Source of the DNA: Octopus sinensis
Lineage: Eukaryota
Direction of reading: 5' to 3'
DNA: 64,000 nucleotides
Assembly: GCF_006345805.1 (NCBI RefSeq)
Contig: NC_043003.1
Location: forward strand, 72,230,001-72,294,000
How positions within the stretch are numbered: the first letter of the stretch is position 1; each line of letters opens with the position of its first letter. Positions 1-13,865 of the stretch are shown one piece after another. The position numbers and the translations under genes are program-made. Under the pieces are notes generated by a model, which searched no databases, was not told the DNA's origin, and was given only the letters and a program-made list of their open reading frames with translations.

Positions 1-70
1 TGTAGCTACCATCACTTATAAGACTTGCCAATTTTTCAGAGTAGTCAGACTTGTTCATCACCACTGTAGA
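1..70 (-). mobile_element. Penelope-like element RT N-terminal fragment, truncated by window edge
   Basis: Minus strand translates STVVMNKSDYSEKLASLISDGSY, matching the PLE 'DKG..TVVM.K.DY..K...LL.DG.Y' motif upstream of the RT core. Confidence 0.6.
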
Positions 71-549
71 GAGAGGAATGAGTAAATTACATATGTACTA
101 GCAGTAAAAATAATAACATATTGGGTGTTGGTGAGGAATAAACGTTTACAGCTGTTACACATTAAATTTGGGAGAGATACACTCATCATACCAGCATGTA
201 CTTCTCGAGTACATGTCTGACAAGTTAGATGGAACCAACAACATTTGATTGGAGGAGTGTATTTGTGGTAAATGCTTCACACCTTTCTGAGAAAGGATAC
301 CCATGCGCTGCTCAGAAACAGGAGATGGCCAGTAATTACTTGATCAATAAGCGAGATACGGATTCCTCTAAACATATTTTGTGATATAGAATGTCAATTG
401 TGCCACATCAGTGTTGAATATATCACTTGCATCACCTACAATTACTTCAAAATATCCGCAATGTACTACCTTACTATAGGATATAGTTTCCAAAACTGTT
501 TCCGGTATTATCCGTTGAAAGAAGGTGGCGAGCTGGCAGAATAGTTAGT

Positions 550-671
550 ACTAGCAGTATAACCCGGCTTTGCCAGGGATTAAGTTAGGATTATTAAGCT
601 AATCAAGTTCTTTATTTCAAACCAAACTAACATCGACGCCAAATTTGGGCGAAATCCGTTGAAATTGGTTT

Positions 672-680
<9 letters not shown>
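550..680 (-). mobile_element. Helitron-like non-autonomous element, 3' terminus
   Basis: Minus strand ends ...CCCTGGC AAA GCCGGG ttatactg CTAG|T, i.e. a GC hairpin then CTAG then T, the usual Helitron 3' signature. It interrupts a SINE head at 523-549. Confidence 0.45.
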
Positions 681-704
<24 letters not shown>

Positions 705-790
705 TATATATGGGCAACACACACACATATACACAAACGTACGTACGTACACCTATTGCATACATGCTTTTTATACACATACATGTTCGC

Positions 791-842
<52 letters not shown>

Positions 843-1019
843 TGTCCATATATCAACAAAACACTTTTTTCTTCGAAGGAAAAACTACATAAGTCTCAAG
901 AACTTACTCGTCGCTAGAAGGGGACTTAACTCCTGTTTGCAAACAATAGTGATTTCTCCGACTTGAAAATTGTTAAAACTTCGGTCTCTGTTTATGAAAC
1001 CGGGTTTAAATCGTCTCTG

Positions 1020-1689
1020 CTTATGCGGATGGTGTCCTCGAAAGGAACGGCTGAGGTGGTATAGGTGTTTATTGCATGTCATCACCTACCGCCTAACCGT
1101 TGTCCCTTGCCTCGATTTGTGGCTAAAGAAGTTGGAGCGCCCTCTTTTCCGCATTTTGTGGAAGAGAGAAAAGCCACTTGTAAGGCGCTTCGTTTGCTGC
1201 CAGGAACCACTATAGGGTGGGTTAGGGATGCCCTGGCTAATAATGCGCAGAGATGCGTTGAGGCTGAGGCATCTCTGGCGTTACCTGGAGGGTGATAAGG
1301 TGTGGAATCCGCTGGCTGAGGAATTCTTTCCGCGACGATCCTCTTTGGAACGATTTAAACCCCGTTTCATTAAAAGACGTAATCAGACTGAATGGCAAAA
1401 GGAGTGTCGACAAGCACTTGTACTTATCCACAAGATGAGCAAGGCCGGCAGCAGGAATACCACCTCTGTATTCTATAGAAGGCTGGTAGAGCACAAAAAC
1501 CATGACGCCTTAGGAGGGGCTCCGGGGTTCGATGAGAACCAACTTACCAACCTATTCAAGAAAACTTTCGGGCCAGGGTATTTGGATAATTACCAAAAAT
1601 CCCTGACCTGAAAGTGCTTCAGGAACGCTTTACCTGTTAGCGATAATTTATCCAGGCACGGAATATTAGTTCCAACGACATGTCCAAGA

Positions 1690-1690
<1 letters not shown>
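1020..1690 (+). mobile_element. Tx1/L1-clade LINE ORF2 C-terminal fragment (degenerate)
   Basis: Frameshifted reading KGTAEVV..VITYRLTVVPC..LERPLFRILWK..LVRRFVCCQEPL.GGLGMPWL..LRLRHLWRYL, then LPVSDNLSRHGILVPTTCPR (zf-RVT-like). Typical of L1/Tx1 post-RT regions. Confidence 0.75.
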
Positions 1691-2133
<443 letters not shown>

Positions 2134-2774
2134 TTTCGATCTGGTCATTGAAGTAATCTGCATTATATGGCTACATGTGGTTTATCACTAGCTTACATTG
2201 TGACAGATACCGCGGCTGTCTTCTCAAATTTTCTCTGGGGAGTCGAGGGTTGAACATTTGTCCTTTTGATAAGAAGATAATAATCAAGTGCGCGCGCACG
2301 GGTGTGCGTTTGCTTATCGCTGCTTTTGACGATGACTATTTAGTTGTTCGGTTAACTGAATTCTTAGGCGCATAATTAATTTGTAAGCAGATGAGTGTTC
2401 TGTTGACACGTGGATATGTAATGCAATTCTCAGCTAGAATGAGTGTTTTAAGACTGGTACAATTCAGGGATAGATGAATAGCAGAGGTGAACTTGTGGTA
2501 TTTGAAACCCTAGCGCAAAGAATTGAAACGAATACCGCAAAGCGTTCAATCCGACGCTCCAAAGATTCTACTTATTGACCAGCATGCTCAGTGGTATATA
2601 TATATATATATGCATGCATGTATGTATGTATGTATGTATTATGTATGTATGTATGTATGTATGTATGTATGTATGTATGTATGTATGTATGTATGTATCT
2701 ATCTATCTATATATATATATACATATACATATATAAATATATACACATATATATATACATGTATATATACACAC

Positions 2775-2808
<34 letters not shown>

Positions 2809-2811
<3 letters not shown>

Positions 2812-4780
2812 ATAACAACAATCAGATAAGAAACCTTTACCATTCTTTATAGATATATATTTATATCCTTTATTAAATATAATATCTAATATACTAAAAT
2901 TACCTTCTTCTACACATTTAAGATTTAAGTTTATATATAGCATTGGAAAATCCTACACACACATATTCATAATCTTCTTGCATTTATCCAGAAATTCCTT
3001 AGTTGATCTAATACTCCAAAAATAATTCATTCCCAAACTGTTATAAATTTTAGCACAATATTTTTTAGAATATGTTCTAACTACTGGTTACATCAGTAAC
3101 CAATACAGATAGCTGTTTATTTGTACAAATACTAGCCCCTGCTATGAATCTACATTTAAAAGGAAATTTATACAGTTCAGGAATCCAAAAAAGTTTGAGA
3201 ATATTTTTATCCTTTTTTTTTGCACTTCTAAACCACTCAATCGTTCTACTGCGAGTGTAAGTTTATTATTAACTATCTCATAAACGTTTTCCTGTATAAC
3301 TTTGTATATAGAATTTAACTTTATATTTGAGACTTAATTTAACTATAAAATTATTAATGGCTTTTACTATAACTTTCTTTAAATTATATTTACTAATTTT
3401 ACCCTATTCTCTATATTTTGTCCCTTTGCTCATAATCTTCCTTAGTAATTCATTTTTAATAATATCTAACTTTCCTGTATAAACATGTCCTATTTCTTTA
3501 TAACAAACTTCCGAATTATTACATTTACAATCTCCTAGATATATTTCTTTAAAACTTTCGAGACTAAGCTACTACTTATCTTCTAACCAAGCTTATAACA
3601 AATTTTGACATTTACATGCATAACATTTTCCGGCGAAAGGTTTCTGTTTTTTTTTCTTTAAATTTTTAATTACATTACCTGAATTAACATCATCAATGCA
3701 GTTACTAACGTGTCGTATCTTTAACATTATTGGCTTTCACTTTATCTGTTTTCGTTAACCGATTACAAAAACTATCCACTAAATAACTAACTTCAGATAG
3801 CTCTCTATGGCGTGTATCCATTATTTCTTTAAGTTCTCTTAGTGGAAGCACTCCGTCGGTTACGACGACGAGGGTTCCGGTTGATCCGAATCAACGAAAC
3901 AGCCTGCTCGTGAAATTAACATGTAAGTGGCTGAGCACTCCACAGACACGTGTACCCTTAAGGCAGTTCTCGGGGATATTCAGCGTGACACAGAGAGTGA
4001 CAAGGTCGGCTCTTTGAAATACAGGTACAAGAGAAAGAGGAAGTAAGAGTGAGAGAAAGTTGTGGTGAAAGAGTACAGCAGGGATCACCACCATCCCCTG
4101 CCGGAGCCTTGTGGAGCTTTAGGTGTTTTCGCTCAATAAACACTCACAACGCCCGGTCTGGGAATCGAAACCGAGATCCTATGACCGCGAGTCCGCTGCC
4201 CTAACCACTGGGCCATTGCGCCTCTTAACATTACCTAACAACCATAATAGTCTTTCTTTATGTATAACTCATTAAGTTTAGCCCAAACCAATGAAACATC
4301 CTTTCTATTCTTAATTCTACATCCTATGGCTTCGTTCCCTTCTAACCACTAGTTGTGAGAAATATATTCTTCCTGCATCATTATTACTAGATATGTTCCC
4401 TACACCTAAAATTTTATCATTAAGGCCTAGAGGGTATATGCTACATAACACCTTAGTCCAAAACCATTCTTCTTCTAAAAGTTTCTGTCTAACATTATCC
4501 ACACTGCTATTTATTTGACCAATTATTTGAATTTTAGTTTCTAAACCCTAAGCTATGCTCTCTGAAGTGTTCGCAGATTTTCAGTTTACTACCTAATTTA
4601 AATGCTTCTCTATGACCATCGAGACGTTGATATAATTACTAAGTAGTTTGCTCTACATACTGTACACCACATTCTTCACACTTAATTAAATAAATTACAT
4701 TGCTAGATTTACAACATAACTGTAAATTATTATTACTAAAAAACATCCTACCTGTAATCTTACTGCTAAAAACTTTCTTT
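2809..4780 (-). mobile_element. Naiad-type Penelope-like retroelement (GIY-YIG upstream of RT), degenerate, interrupted by a SINE
   Basis: Minus strand 5'->3': [64 protein letters not shown] (EN); then C.CNNSEVCYKEIGHVYTGKLDIIKNELLRKIMSKGTKYRE; then LFWIPELYKFPFKCRFIAGASICTNKQLS..YCAKIYNSLGMNYFWSIRSTKEFLDK..DFPMLY (RT N-part). Multiple stops and frameshifts. Confidence 0.85.
3842..4221 (-). mobile_element. tRNA-derived SINE (family S3) nested in the PLE
   Basis: Head GCGCAATGGCCCAGTGGTTAGGGCAGCGG...GGTTTCGATTCCC carries A and B boxes. Flanking CTCTTA at 3836-3841 and 4222-4227 is a probable TSD. Confidence 0.85.
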
Positions 4781-4802
4781 CTCTCTTTCTCTCCCTCTGT
4801 AT

Positions 4803-4834
<32 letters not shown>

Positions 4835-4929
4835 ATATATATATATATGTATGTATGTATGTATATATACTTACATACACACACATATATACACAGATAT
4901 ACATTTAAATGTGCATATGTACACGAGTA

Positions 4930-4978
<49 letters not shown>

Positions 4979-5429
4979 GCATGAATGTATACATATTGTC
5001 TATTGCGGTAGCTCTTATGTCTCCAACTGTTATCCGTGCGGCCATCACCTTGAAAATCCGTGCCTTAAAATGACAACTTGTCAAGCCTGTCACAAAATTG
5101 CAGGTGACTGAATATCTAGTTACCACAGCAGCTACTTGTGTGTATGTATGTATGTATGTATGTATGTATGTATGTATGTATGTATGGATGTATGTATGTA
5201 TGTATGCATGTATGTATGTATGCATGTATGTATGTATGCATGTATGTATGTGTGTGTGTATTATATGTATGTCTGTATGTATCTACAGATTTATTTATGT
5301 ACGCTTAAAATATATTGCACGCACCACACACACACACATACACACACATATATAATCATATGATCATATGATCATATAATCATATGTATGATCTATGCAT
5401 ATATACATCATACATACATACACATATAT

Positions 5430-5867
5430 ATTAATAGTAGTAGAAGTATTAAAGGTGATTGTGCAATGAACAGTGTTTGTCCGCTTAACTCAAACTGTAG
5501 GTATAAAAATATCGTATATAGATGTAAGGTTACCTCAGATAATTGGGAATACTTCTATATAGCAACTAGCTCATGTCATATTAAGCAGAGAATTACCAGT
5601 CATTTACGTTCGTTTAGTAACAAAATGAATACTACTAGCCTTAGTAAACTGATTTGGGCAGTAATAGATAGCAACAAAGTATTTTCGATTATTTGGGAAA
5701 TAATTTGTACGGCAAAACCTTATAGAATAGGCGATAATAGATGTGATTTTTGTGTGGAAGAAATGTACCAAATTTTCACATCTAAAATTACTCTTATAAA
5801 CACTAGACAGGAACAGGTTATGAGTTGTCCATACTGGGCAAAATATACGTTTAAACGATTTAAATAA
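5430..5867 (+). mobile_element. PLE C-terminal GIY-YIG endonuclease fragment (open frame)
   Basis: C..NSVCPLNSNCRYKNIVYRCKVT..YFYIATS..KQRITSH..TSLSKLIW..WEIICTAKPY..RCDFCVEE..INTRQE..SCPY; the 'CPL.G.C...CNLCL.EK' type PLE endonuclease. The ORF start at 5388 is microsatellite. Confidence 0.85.
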
Positions 5868-6415
5868 ACATAACTTACCATCTATAGCAATTATCTTCGT
5901 TAAAATAATGATTGTGATAATTAATGATATTTGTACAAATAATACTAATGAATATAATTATAATAGTAATAACAATAATATTAATTGAAAATATAAATCT
6001 AAAATAAGTGAAATACTCCTGAATAAATAATGTACTCCATATAGTAAAATGTAAACAAAACAGTTACAATTAATTGTAATATAAATACACATTCTAAAAC
6101 CACAGTTCAACTGTAATACCAGCAGAGGTGATTATAAGGTCAGAATTCAATCCAATTTAAAGCGTAACGCTATCACTTTCAACTGAATACCAACGCAGAA
6201 AGCTTGTTTGAATAATTTCACTTTGAAAAAATCATAAATGATGGACCCTTGATGAAATTGCAGTAAATGGGATGCATAATTGCATAAGAGCAATGTGCAG
6301 TGGCTGCAGTAAAATCACGCTAGTTTTGTTATCGTTATATATGCTACAGAAAATTTTTTAATAAAAATGTTTTGGATGTGAATAAATCTCCACTCTCCTC
6401 TTGGTTTTCAATTAT

Positions 6416-6450
<35 letters not shown>

Positions 6451-7334
6451 CATGCACACTCTCACACAAACTTACACACACGCACTTACACGTACACAAA
6501 CATACACACACATATAGTTATCTCTGCACCATGCATTGCGTAAAGGAAAGCTAACTGAACTACGTATTCGTCCGGTGATATCTCCTATGGACATACTGCA
6601 TTTAAAAACACATATTTATTGCCAACAGGCTAAAATCATCGAGATAAAAATGCTAGATTCGTATTTCTGCGTCATTGAACTTCGTAGGTAACATGTACCC
6701 ATTGCCAGCATAATGCTAAGAGAAAATCCATCGTCACTGGTATAGAGAAACAGTGACTGAAAAAAGTCACCGGTGTTACAATTAGACGCTCAACTACGTA
6801 AAACTCTACTATGTGCGACAGGATCAGAATTAGATAAAAAATAAAATCACCATCTGTGTACCATACTTAATATAAATACACCGAAAAAGACAAATTAACT
6901 GCAGTTTCCGTCGTTCAATATTTTATTTCAAAATGTTTGACTGTTATATCTTTCTACTGGTTGTCTGTTTTAGGAGTCATCCTGTCATTTTGCAGAGCGA
7001 CACATCTTTATGCTACACACACACACACACACACACACACCACGCAACACAACAAACACACACACTTACACACAACACACTCACATACCACACGCACACA
7101 ATCACTCTCTCTCTCTTACACGCACACATACACACTTACACACTAACACACTGATACACAGCCACACATCATTAGGATTTGTAATTTTGAAATTTATTCT
7201 GATCTACGCTGTGTTCAAAAGCACAAATATGTATATTTGGTTGTCCACTAATGTGCTAGCTTTATGCAGCTGCTATTGTTTGGGAAAGTAACCGGTTAGC
7301 TATTCTGTGAGGAGACCTCAAACTATATATTTAT

Positions 7335-7530
7335 GTCGTGGAATCGAATGAAAAAGGCGTCATTCCTCTTGATTTTCTAGAATGTGACTGTATCGTGAAC
7401 AGTGAGTGGTATATTAAGACACTAAAAGAACTTAGAGAAGCCAATAAGTGGAACAACAATTTCCGAGATGCGTGAATGAGACCTAAAAGAAATATGGGAA
7501 AATGTCTGTCATATCACCAGGACAAGGCAG
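7335..7530 (+). mobile_element. mariner transposase fragment
   Basis: NEKGVIPLDFLE..IVNSEWYIKTLKELRE..RPKRNMG..LSYHQDKA matches mariner 'GVILVDFL..TVNSE.Y..L..LR..RP...LLHHDNARPH'. Confidence 0.7.
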
Positions 7531-8641
7531 TTAGTTTGGAGTGAGGCTCTCTGTTGATCTCAACCTCAACCTAACTGATATAACAACCTAACTAATCTCG
7601 ATTTGTTAGCCTGTGCCTCTTTGTAAGAAAGTGACACACTTTTGAATGTAAAACGAGTGGAGAAGGATTTTGGTCTGGGACCACAGCAGAAATCTTCTTT
7701 CAGATAAACTCAGGAGTGTAAAAAACCTCAAACCTTATCCACCTGCTAAATGGATATTTGATTTGATGTTGTAGTTGAGGGCAGAAAATGAAAATGCCGC
7801 TGGGGTAGTGCAGAGGATCACTTCAGAGCTTTCTGTTCTCAAAACAGAAGTGAAAGAAAGAAGGCTTACATCACTGCCGACGCCGCAACCCCAACAGCAT
7901 ACAGCAATATCAGCAGAAGCTGTAACAACGAAAGGATTAGGAAAAACAGCAGAAATACCAACACCAACAAAGTGGCAACCACAATTCCAGCATCCATCAA
8001 CGACTCTGTGGGAAAGGAAAAATTCAACGTTTCGAAATTAATAAAAGTCAGCAGAGCTTTACATTTTCAAAGTTAGAAAGATTAATAGCAACCGATATGT
8101 AATCCAGAACTACAAGAGACTCGTACGTGAAGAGGAAGTGGTACGAGAGAGGGGGAGAAACAAAGTGCGAAGAGCAGGAGGATTGAGAAGGGGGCGATTT
8201 CGAGATTTAAGTAAAAGAGGATAAGGCAAGACAGGAGCATACAGATAAGAAAGGGTTTTAGGACTGAGGAAAATGTTTATGTATAGAAGAAAAAACGTGA
8301 ACTTAGACCTGCCGGTAACATGGTGCTAACTTCAATTATGAAAAGTTGTTTTTATCCGTTCCCTTGAGGACGTGGATCCATGGTGTGCAGAGATGTTTCA
8401 CACTGATATGTAAGTGATGGAACGGTCCATCATCTCTTAGAGTAGTACCAATAATTTCGATGTGTCCAACACAAGTACGATGACGTTGGCCTCATGCAAT
8501 AACGGATTTACTACATCCTAGTTTTCAGGGATGCCGCGAAACCTCCAACTTCTGCAGCACTGATTCTAGAGGCAGTACATACAGAAAGGGAGAGTGGATA
8601 GAGCTGTTTGAGATGGCTAATATCTCTACCTCTCCAACCAG

Positions 8642-8642
8642 G

Positions 8643-8688
<46 letters not shown>
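8642..8688. repeat. (GTA)n microsatellite
   Basis: Read directly. Confidence 0.95.
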
Positions 8689-8689
<1 letters not shown>

Positions 8690-10237
8690 CTCGAATTAAA
8701 AGCAATTACATCAGACAAAACAGAACATTAAAAAATAAAGGAGTTAAAGAAATGGAAAAGGATATGACATCGATATATTTTGAAGCTTATTATATTTGAT
8801 TCGTTGGGTTTCCGTCCGAAGAGACCGCAGGTGGAACTCTTCCGCACACAAAGACTAATTCAGCCTTCGCTGCCCCACTCAGTCGAAGCATATAGGCTAA
8901 TGGGTGAAATGCTTATTACCCTGATATATCTGCTGATTATACGGAAGGGTTTCTGCAATTGCGGTGGATTCAGAATAAGAGCTTGCTAAACCTCTGAAAA
9001 ACTCCTGCAGTTTCAGCGCGGGACAGTCCATCTCCGTTGTTTACTTCCCATGGTTAAAGTACAAATTTTCTCAATTGTACAGCAATTAAATCGTGACTCA
9101 CGGGGCTGAAACAGCACCAGTCTAGATAGTGAAGCAAAACTGCGAAACAAAAATAAATTACGTTTTCCTATATTTAAGGTGCAGTTTAAGGACAGTTTTC
9201 TATAAGTAGAGATTGCAACCTAGTTTCAATATTGGAGGGATTAATAAGGTGGCGAACTGGCGGAAAAAATTACCTCACCGGATAAAATGCTTAGTGGCAT
9301 TTCGTCCGTCTTTACAAATAGTGTTAGTTGTACACACTCTTTATCTGTTTTGAGAACCCTATGCGACTACCTAGAGCCAAACGGCTCTCTGATATCCTGT
9401 GTCTAATGAGACACGAGATCCTCGGATGTTATATTGATCGGAAAAGTAGATCTCCATCTGCTGGAATGCTCTCCGTCACTGGTTTTAAGAGTTAAGCAGA
9501 TGATTTAGTGAGGCAGAGTCAAACAGAACTAAGTTTTCTCTCTCCAGCGTCGATGAAGTTTTGATAAGAAGCAACGAGAAAATGAGACGAGATGTGCTAT
9601 TAGCAGATCGGGTATCGGCAAGATTTTTCCATTTCAGAAACAGTGTAAAGTATATGGTCATTGGGGCAATATATTTGATAATAGCTGTCAATATCTGAGG
9701 AAAATTGTGTTCATATCTTCTCTGTGTGACGATATATAGATATGTGGGCAATGCGTCAATGCAAATAGCCACTACGATTATAGGCGTTCTTTTATTGACT
9801 TATTTTTATTGCATTTCGTATTTCGCACAACAGATTTCATCTGTAAAATTTATTTTTCATTTTGTACTTACCTTTCATTCGTAGCATCTCTAGTCGTTCA
9901 CCCAGAATATATCCAAATAATTTTCAGAAATAAACAAAACTTTGAGAAACAAGATCGCATTTTTATCTTTGTGATTACATGCATCACCGAACCATTTATA
10001 GCTTTAGAAATTTCTGAAATACCATGCAATTCATGATACAAACTGGACAAAAATATTAAGGTAACTAAACAATTTAAACTTTTGCATTTCGTCCTTTACC
10101 TATGGTTCTTTTCTAGAAAGTATGAAAAGATGACGCAGTTGAAATAGTGAAAATCGGCGAAAATATGACGTACAAGTTTTAGTTTTAGATTATTAGTAAA
10201 TGGAAAAATAAAATATTGAAATGGTCGTGGCTTACAT

Positions 10238-10638
10238 AGGCGTAGACGTGGCTGCGTGGGGTAAGAAGCTTGCGTGGCAACTTGGGCAAGTGTCGTCTAC
10301 TATAGCCCCGGGCAGACCAAAGCCATGTGGGTGGATTTAGTTGATGGAAACTGAAAGAAGCCCATCGTGCATATGTGTATATATTTATGTGTATATATTT
10401 ATGTGTATATATTTCTGTGTGTGTGTTTGTGTCTGTATTTGTCCCAACCCCAACGCTTGGCAAGCGATGTTGATGAGTGTACGCCCCCGTAACTTAGCGG
10501 TTTGGAAAAGACACCCATAGAATAAGTACCAGGCTTACAAACAATAAGTCCTGGGGTAGATTTCTTCGACTAAAAAGTGGTGCTCCAGCATGGCCCCAGT
10601 CAAATGACTGAAAGAAGTAAAAGAATAAAAGAAAGAAT
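10238..10638 (+). mobile_element. tRNA-derived SINE family S1 (internal TA/TG tract)
   Basis: Same head, body and tail (...GGTGCTCCAGCATGGCC.CAGTCAAATGACTGAAA.AAGTAAAAGA) as the copies at 16199, 16994, 22770 and 29692. Confidence 0.85.
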
Positions 10639-11299
10639 ATATTTATATCAAACATGCTCAACAGTTTTTACACTAAGTTGTTACTAAAAAAAAAATTACA
10701 GAAAAATAATTTTTATCCCACATCGTTCATTAAACAATGATTTATGGTTTTACTAGATTCAGGACGTTTTTCCCTACTGAAGACTGTGGTAGTCCGATTG
10801 ACATTCATGGATGTTGACGGTAATACAGCTATAGTAAATTGGTTAGACTGTCTAAAGGCGTTTGTTCCAATACGCTGCGTTGTGAGTTCAAGTCACACTG
10901 CGGTAAACTTTGCTTTTAATTTTTTACCAGTCAAAATCAAAAGCGTTAGCAGAACTGTAAGAACGTTGGATCGGTTTCCTTGTTTTATTTTTCCGGCCTT
11001 CTGCATTCTAAGTTCAAATCCTGGCCGTGGTAGACTAACTCGTCATACAGCTCACCACCACCATCTAGTATCTAGAGTTCCTTTAGTTGATTTCATTCTG
11101 TAGCTAACTTTCGAGCCGGGCTTCCGATATGCAGATACCTTTCCTCCATCCACCTGACTCTAAACACATTAGAAAGTTAACAAAGTCATTGAATATTCAA
11201 ATTTGTTTGTGAAAACTAAGGAAACACATGAAAAAAATGCAAAGTTTCCAACTATGGAAAATATCTCGATACTTAGTCATCTTTCATCCTGTTAAATAC

Positions 11300-11718
11300 A
11301 TATTTCTTTACTACCCACAAGGGGCTACACACAGAGGGGACAAACAAGGACAGACAAACGGATTATGTCGATTACATCGATCCCAGTGCGTAACTGGTAC
11401 TTAATTTATCGACCCCGAAAGGATGAAAGGTAAAGTCGACCTCGGCAGAATTTGAAATCAGAACATAATGCCAGACGAAATACGTATTTCTTTACTGCCC
11501 ACAAGGGGCTAAACACAGAAGGGACAAACAAGGACAGACAAACGGATTAAGTGGATTATATCGACCCCAGTGCGTAACTGGTGCTTACTTAATCGACCCC
11601 GAAAGAATGAAAGGCAAAGTCGACCTCGGCGGAATTTGAACTCAGAACGCAGCGACAGACGAAATACCGCTGAGCCTTTCGCCCGGCGTGCTAACGTTTC
11701 TGCCAGCTCGCCGCCTTC
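11300..11718 (-). mobile_element. SINE family S2 head-to-tail dimer with a single TSD
   Basis: Two S2 units (11301-11481 and 11484-11718); 15-bp TSD CATCCTGTTAAATAC at 11285-11299 and 11719-11733. Confidence 0.9.
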
Positions 11719-12356
11719 CATCCTGTTAAATACCGTTGAAAATCATGCAATTTCGGAAATGCATAACTTCTCTTTGGCCTCTTCAATCTACACTCTTATT
11801 TATTCGTACTTAATGTCTCTGTACAATCGACGAGCCAGCAAATGATTGTTGAATGGCAAGGTACGACCGATTGACCTCGAGCGAAATGCGTGGAAACGCA
11901 CTAAAGCTAAAATTAGAAGCAGTTTGGCTCCTCTCACAAAACTTGAGGCTGGTTAGAGTGTTACAAAAGTTTTGCAGATTGAGAAAGATTATTTACACTA
12001 CAAGTACAAAGATTTATATCCGCTGGAGAGTTTATACATTAAAAAAAAAAAGATTCTAGACGCTATATTTTTTTCGTTGTCTTCTTTGCTTATCTTCCGT
12101 TTTATTCAACTTACTTTTCAATTAGCAGAAAGGCACATGTGTGCAAACACACGTGCACATTTTTGTTTTTTAAATAGCTTTCGGACATTAGAAATATAGG
12201 TCCACATGGCTGAAATGTGTGTTAGAGAACTTTAGGAAAATAGTTTTTCAATATATATGATATATACGGACATATATGCTGAGAATTCATTCTGCGTTAT
12301 TATACACATGATTTGGCCTACGCAGTTGTTGTGAGATGGCAGAATCGTTAGCGCAT

Positions 12357-12745
12357 TAAGGCGGCGAGCTGGCAGAAACGTAAGCACGCCGGGCGAAATG
12401 CATAGCTGTATTTCGTCTGCCGTTACGTTCTGAGTTCAAATTCCGCCGAGGTCGACTTTGCCTTTCATCCTTTCGGGGTCGTTAAATTAAGTACCAGTTA
12501 CGTACTGGGGTCGATATTATCGACTTAATCCGTTTGTCTGTCTTTGTTTGTCCTCCCTTTGTGGGTTGTAAAGAAATAGGTATTTCTTCTGCCGCTAAGT
12601 TCTGAGTTCAAATTCCGCCGAGGTCGACTTTACCTTTCATCCTTTTGGGGTCGATAAATTAAGTACCAATTGCGTACTCTGGTCGATCTAATTGACTCGC
12701 CCCTCCCCCTCCCAAAATTTCGGGCTTTTTGCCTAGAGTAGAAAA
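12357..12745 (+). mobile_element. SINE S2 dimer (two different 3' tails)
   Basis: AGGCGGCGAGCTGGCAGAAACG head; shared core GTCGACTTTGCCTTTCATCCTTTCGGGGTCGATAAATTAAGTACC occurs twice. Confidence 0.9.
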
Positions 12746-12779
12746 GAATCGTTAGTGCTTTGGACAAAATGCTTAAAGT

Positions 12780-12975
12780 ACCTATTTCTTTACTACCCAC
12801 AAGGGGCTAAACACAGAGAGGACAGACAAACGGATTAAGTCGATTACATCGACCCCAGTGCGTAACGGTACTTAATTTATCGACCCCGAAAGGATGAAAG
12901 ACGAAGTTGACCTCGGCGGAATTTGAACTCACAACGTAACAGCAGACGAAATACCGCTAAGCACTTCGCCCGCTT
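12780..12975 (-). mobile_element. SINE S2, 5'-truncated
   Basis: Reverse complement of the S2 core and tail. Confidence 0.85.
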
Positions 12976-13865
12976 AAAGTACCAGTTAAGAAATGTAGCC
13001 GATTAATCTCTTGTGCCAAAATTTAAACAATTATTATTATAAATTCCGATATTTTCGTCTCTTAGTGTTAGTGCGTTCATTGCTGTCGATGTTGTTGTTA
13101 ACGATGTTATTGTCGTACCTCCTGCTGTAGTGTTTTTAGTTGATGCTAACGTGTCAAATTAGCAGAGTCGGTAAAGCGTCAGACAGACTGTCTTGTGTTA
13201 TTTGTTTTAGCTATCTACGCTCTGTGTTCAAATTTCATCGAGTGAATCGTGTCTTTCATTCTTTCAACATCGACACAAATAATGTACCTGTTCAGTACTG
13301 GGGGACGGTGGTGGTGGTGGTGGTGGTGGGGTAAAGATTTCCGTCTTTCTCCACCTCCTCTCTGTATTGTATCTGTCATGTAATGAAAAATGTCATAACC
13401 TTGTGTCTCACCGACACGCTGATTTGGGGTATGCGTGTCTGTGGAATACTCAGCCATTTATTTGCATGTTAATTTCCTGAATAATAACAACTGAATCGCT
13501 ATCGACGAAATCGACAGAGCATCCACCACAGCTGAAGTGTGTATTGCTGCCCAAGGTCAGCTCCCAGTGCACAAACCAATATGCTCCAGTATCTTTGGAT
13601 ATTGCGTACCTCGGGCTAAATTATCAAATATGTCAGACTTGTTTAATTCCTTTCAACCTCTTGAAGTTTTAAAAAATTTCATTGGATTATTTTCAAAAAA
13701 CGTAATTCCGATGTAGTTTTTGCATGTTGATAAAATCGTTTTGATTTTTTTTCTAAAAATTAACAGAAGTTGCTAGTATTTAAGTCACGTAATTCTAACC
13801 AGTCGTATGACTAGATAGTTGACATATTGTAAATTGCTGATCTCTATTGCAATGGAGTTCAGCCC

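Noticed and set aside
3842-4221. tRNA gene
   Set aside because: The tRNA-like head continues into an unrelated body with a TSD, so it is a SINE.
6629-6687. 59-nt candidate exon reading AKIIEIKMLDSYFCVIELR
   Set aside because: No recognisable homology and a weak acceptor.
7775-8041. 88-aa ORF resembling a LINE ORF1 coiled-coil/Pro-rich segment
   Set aside because: No diagnostic motif; cannot be supported.
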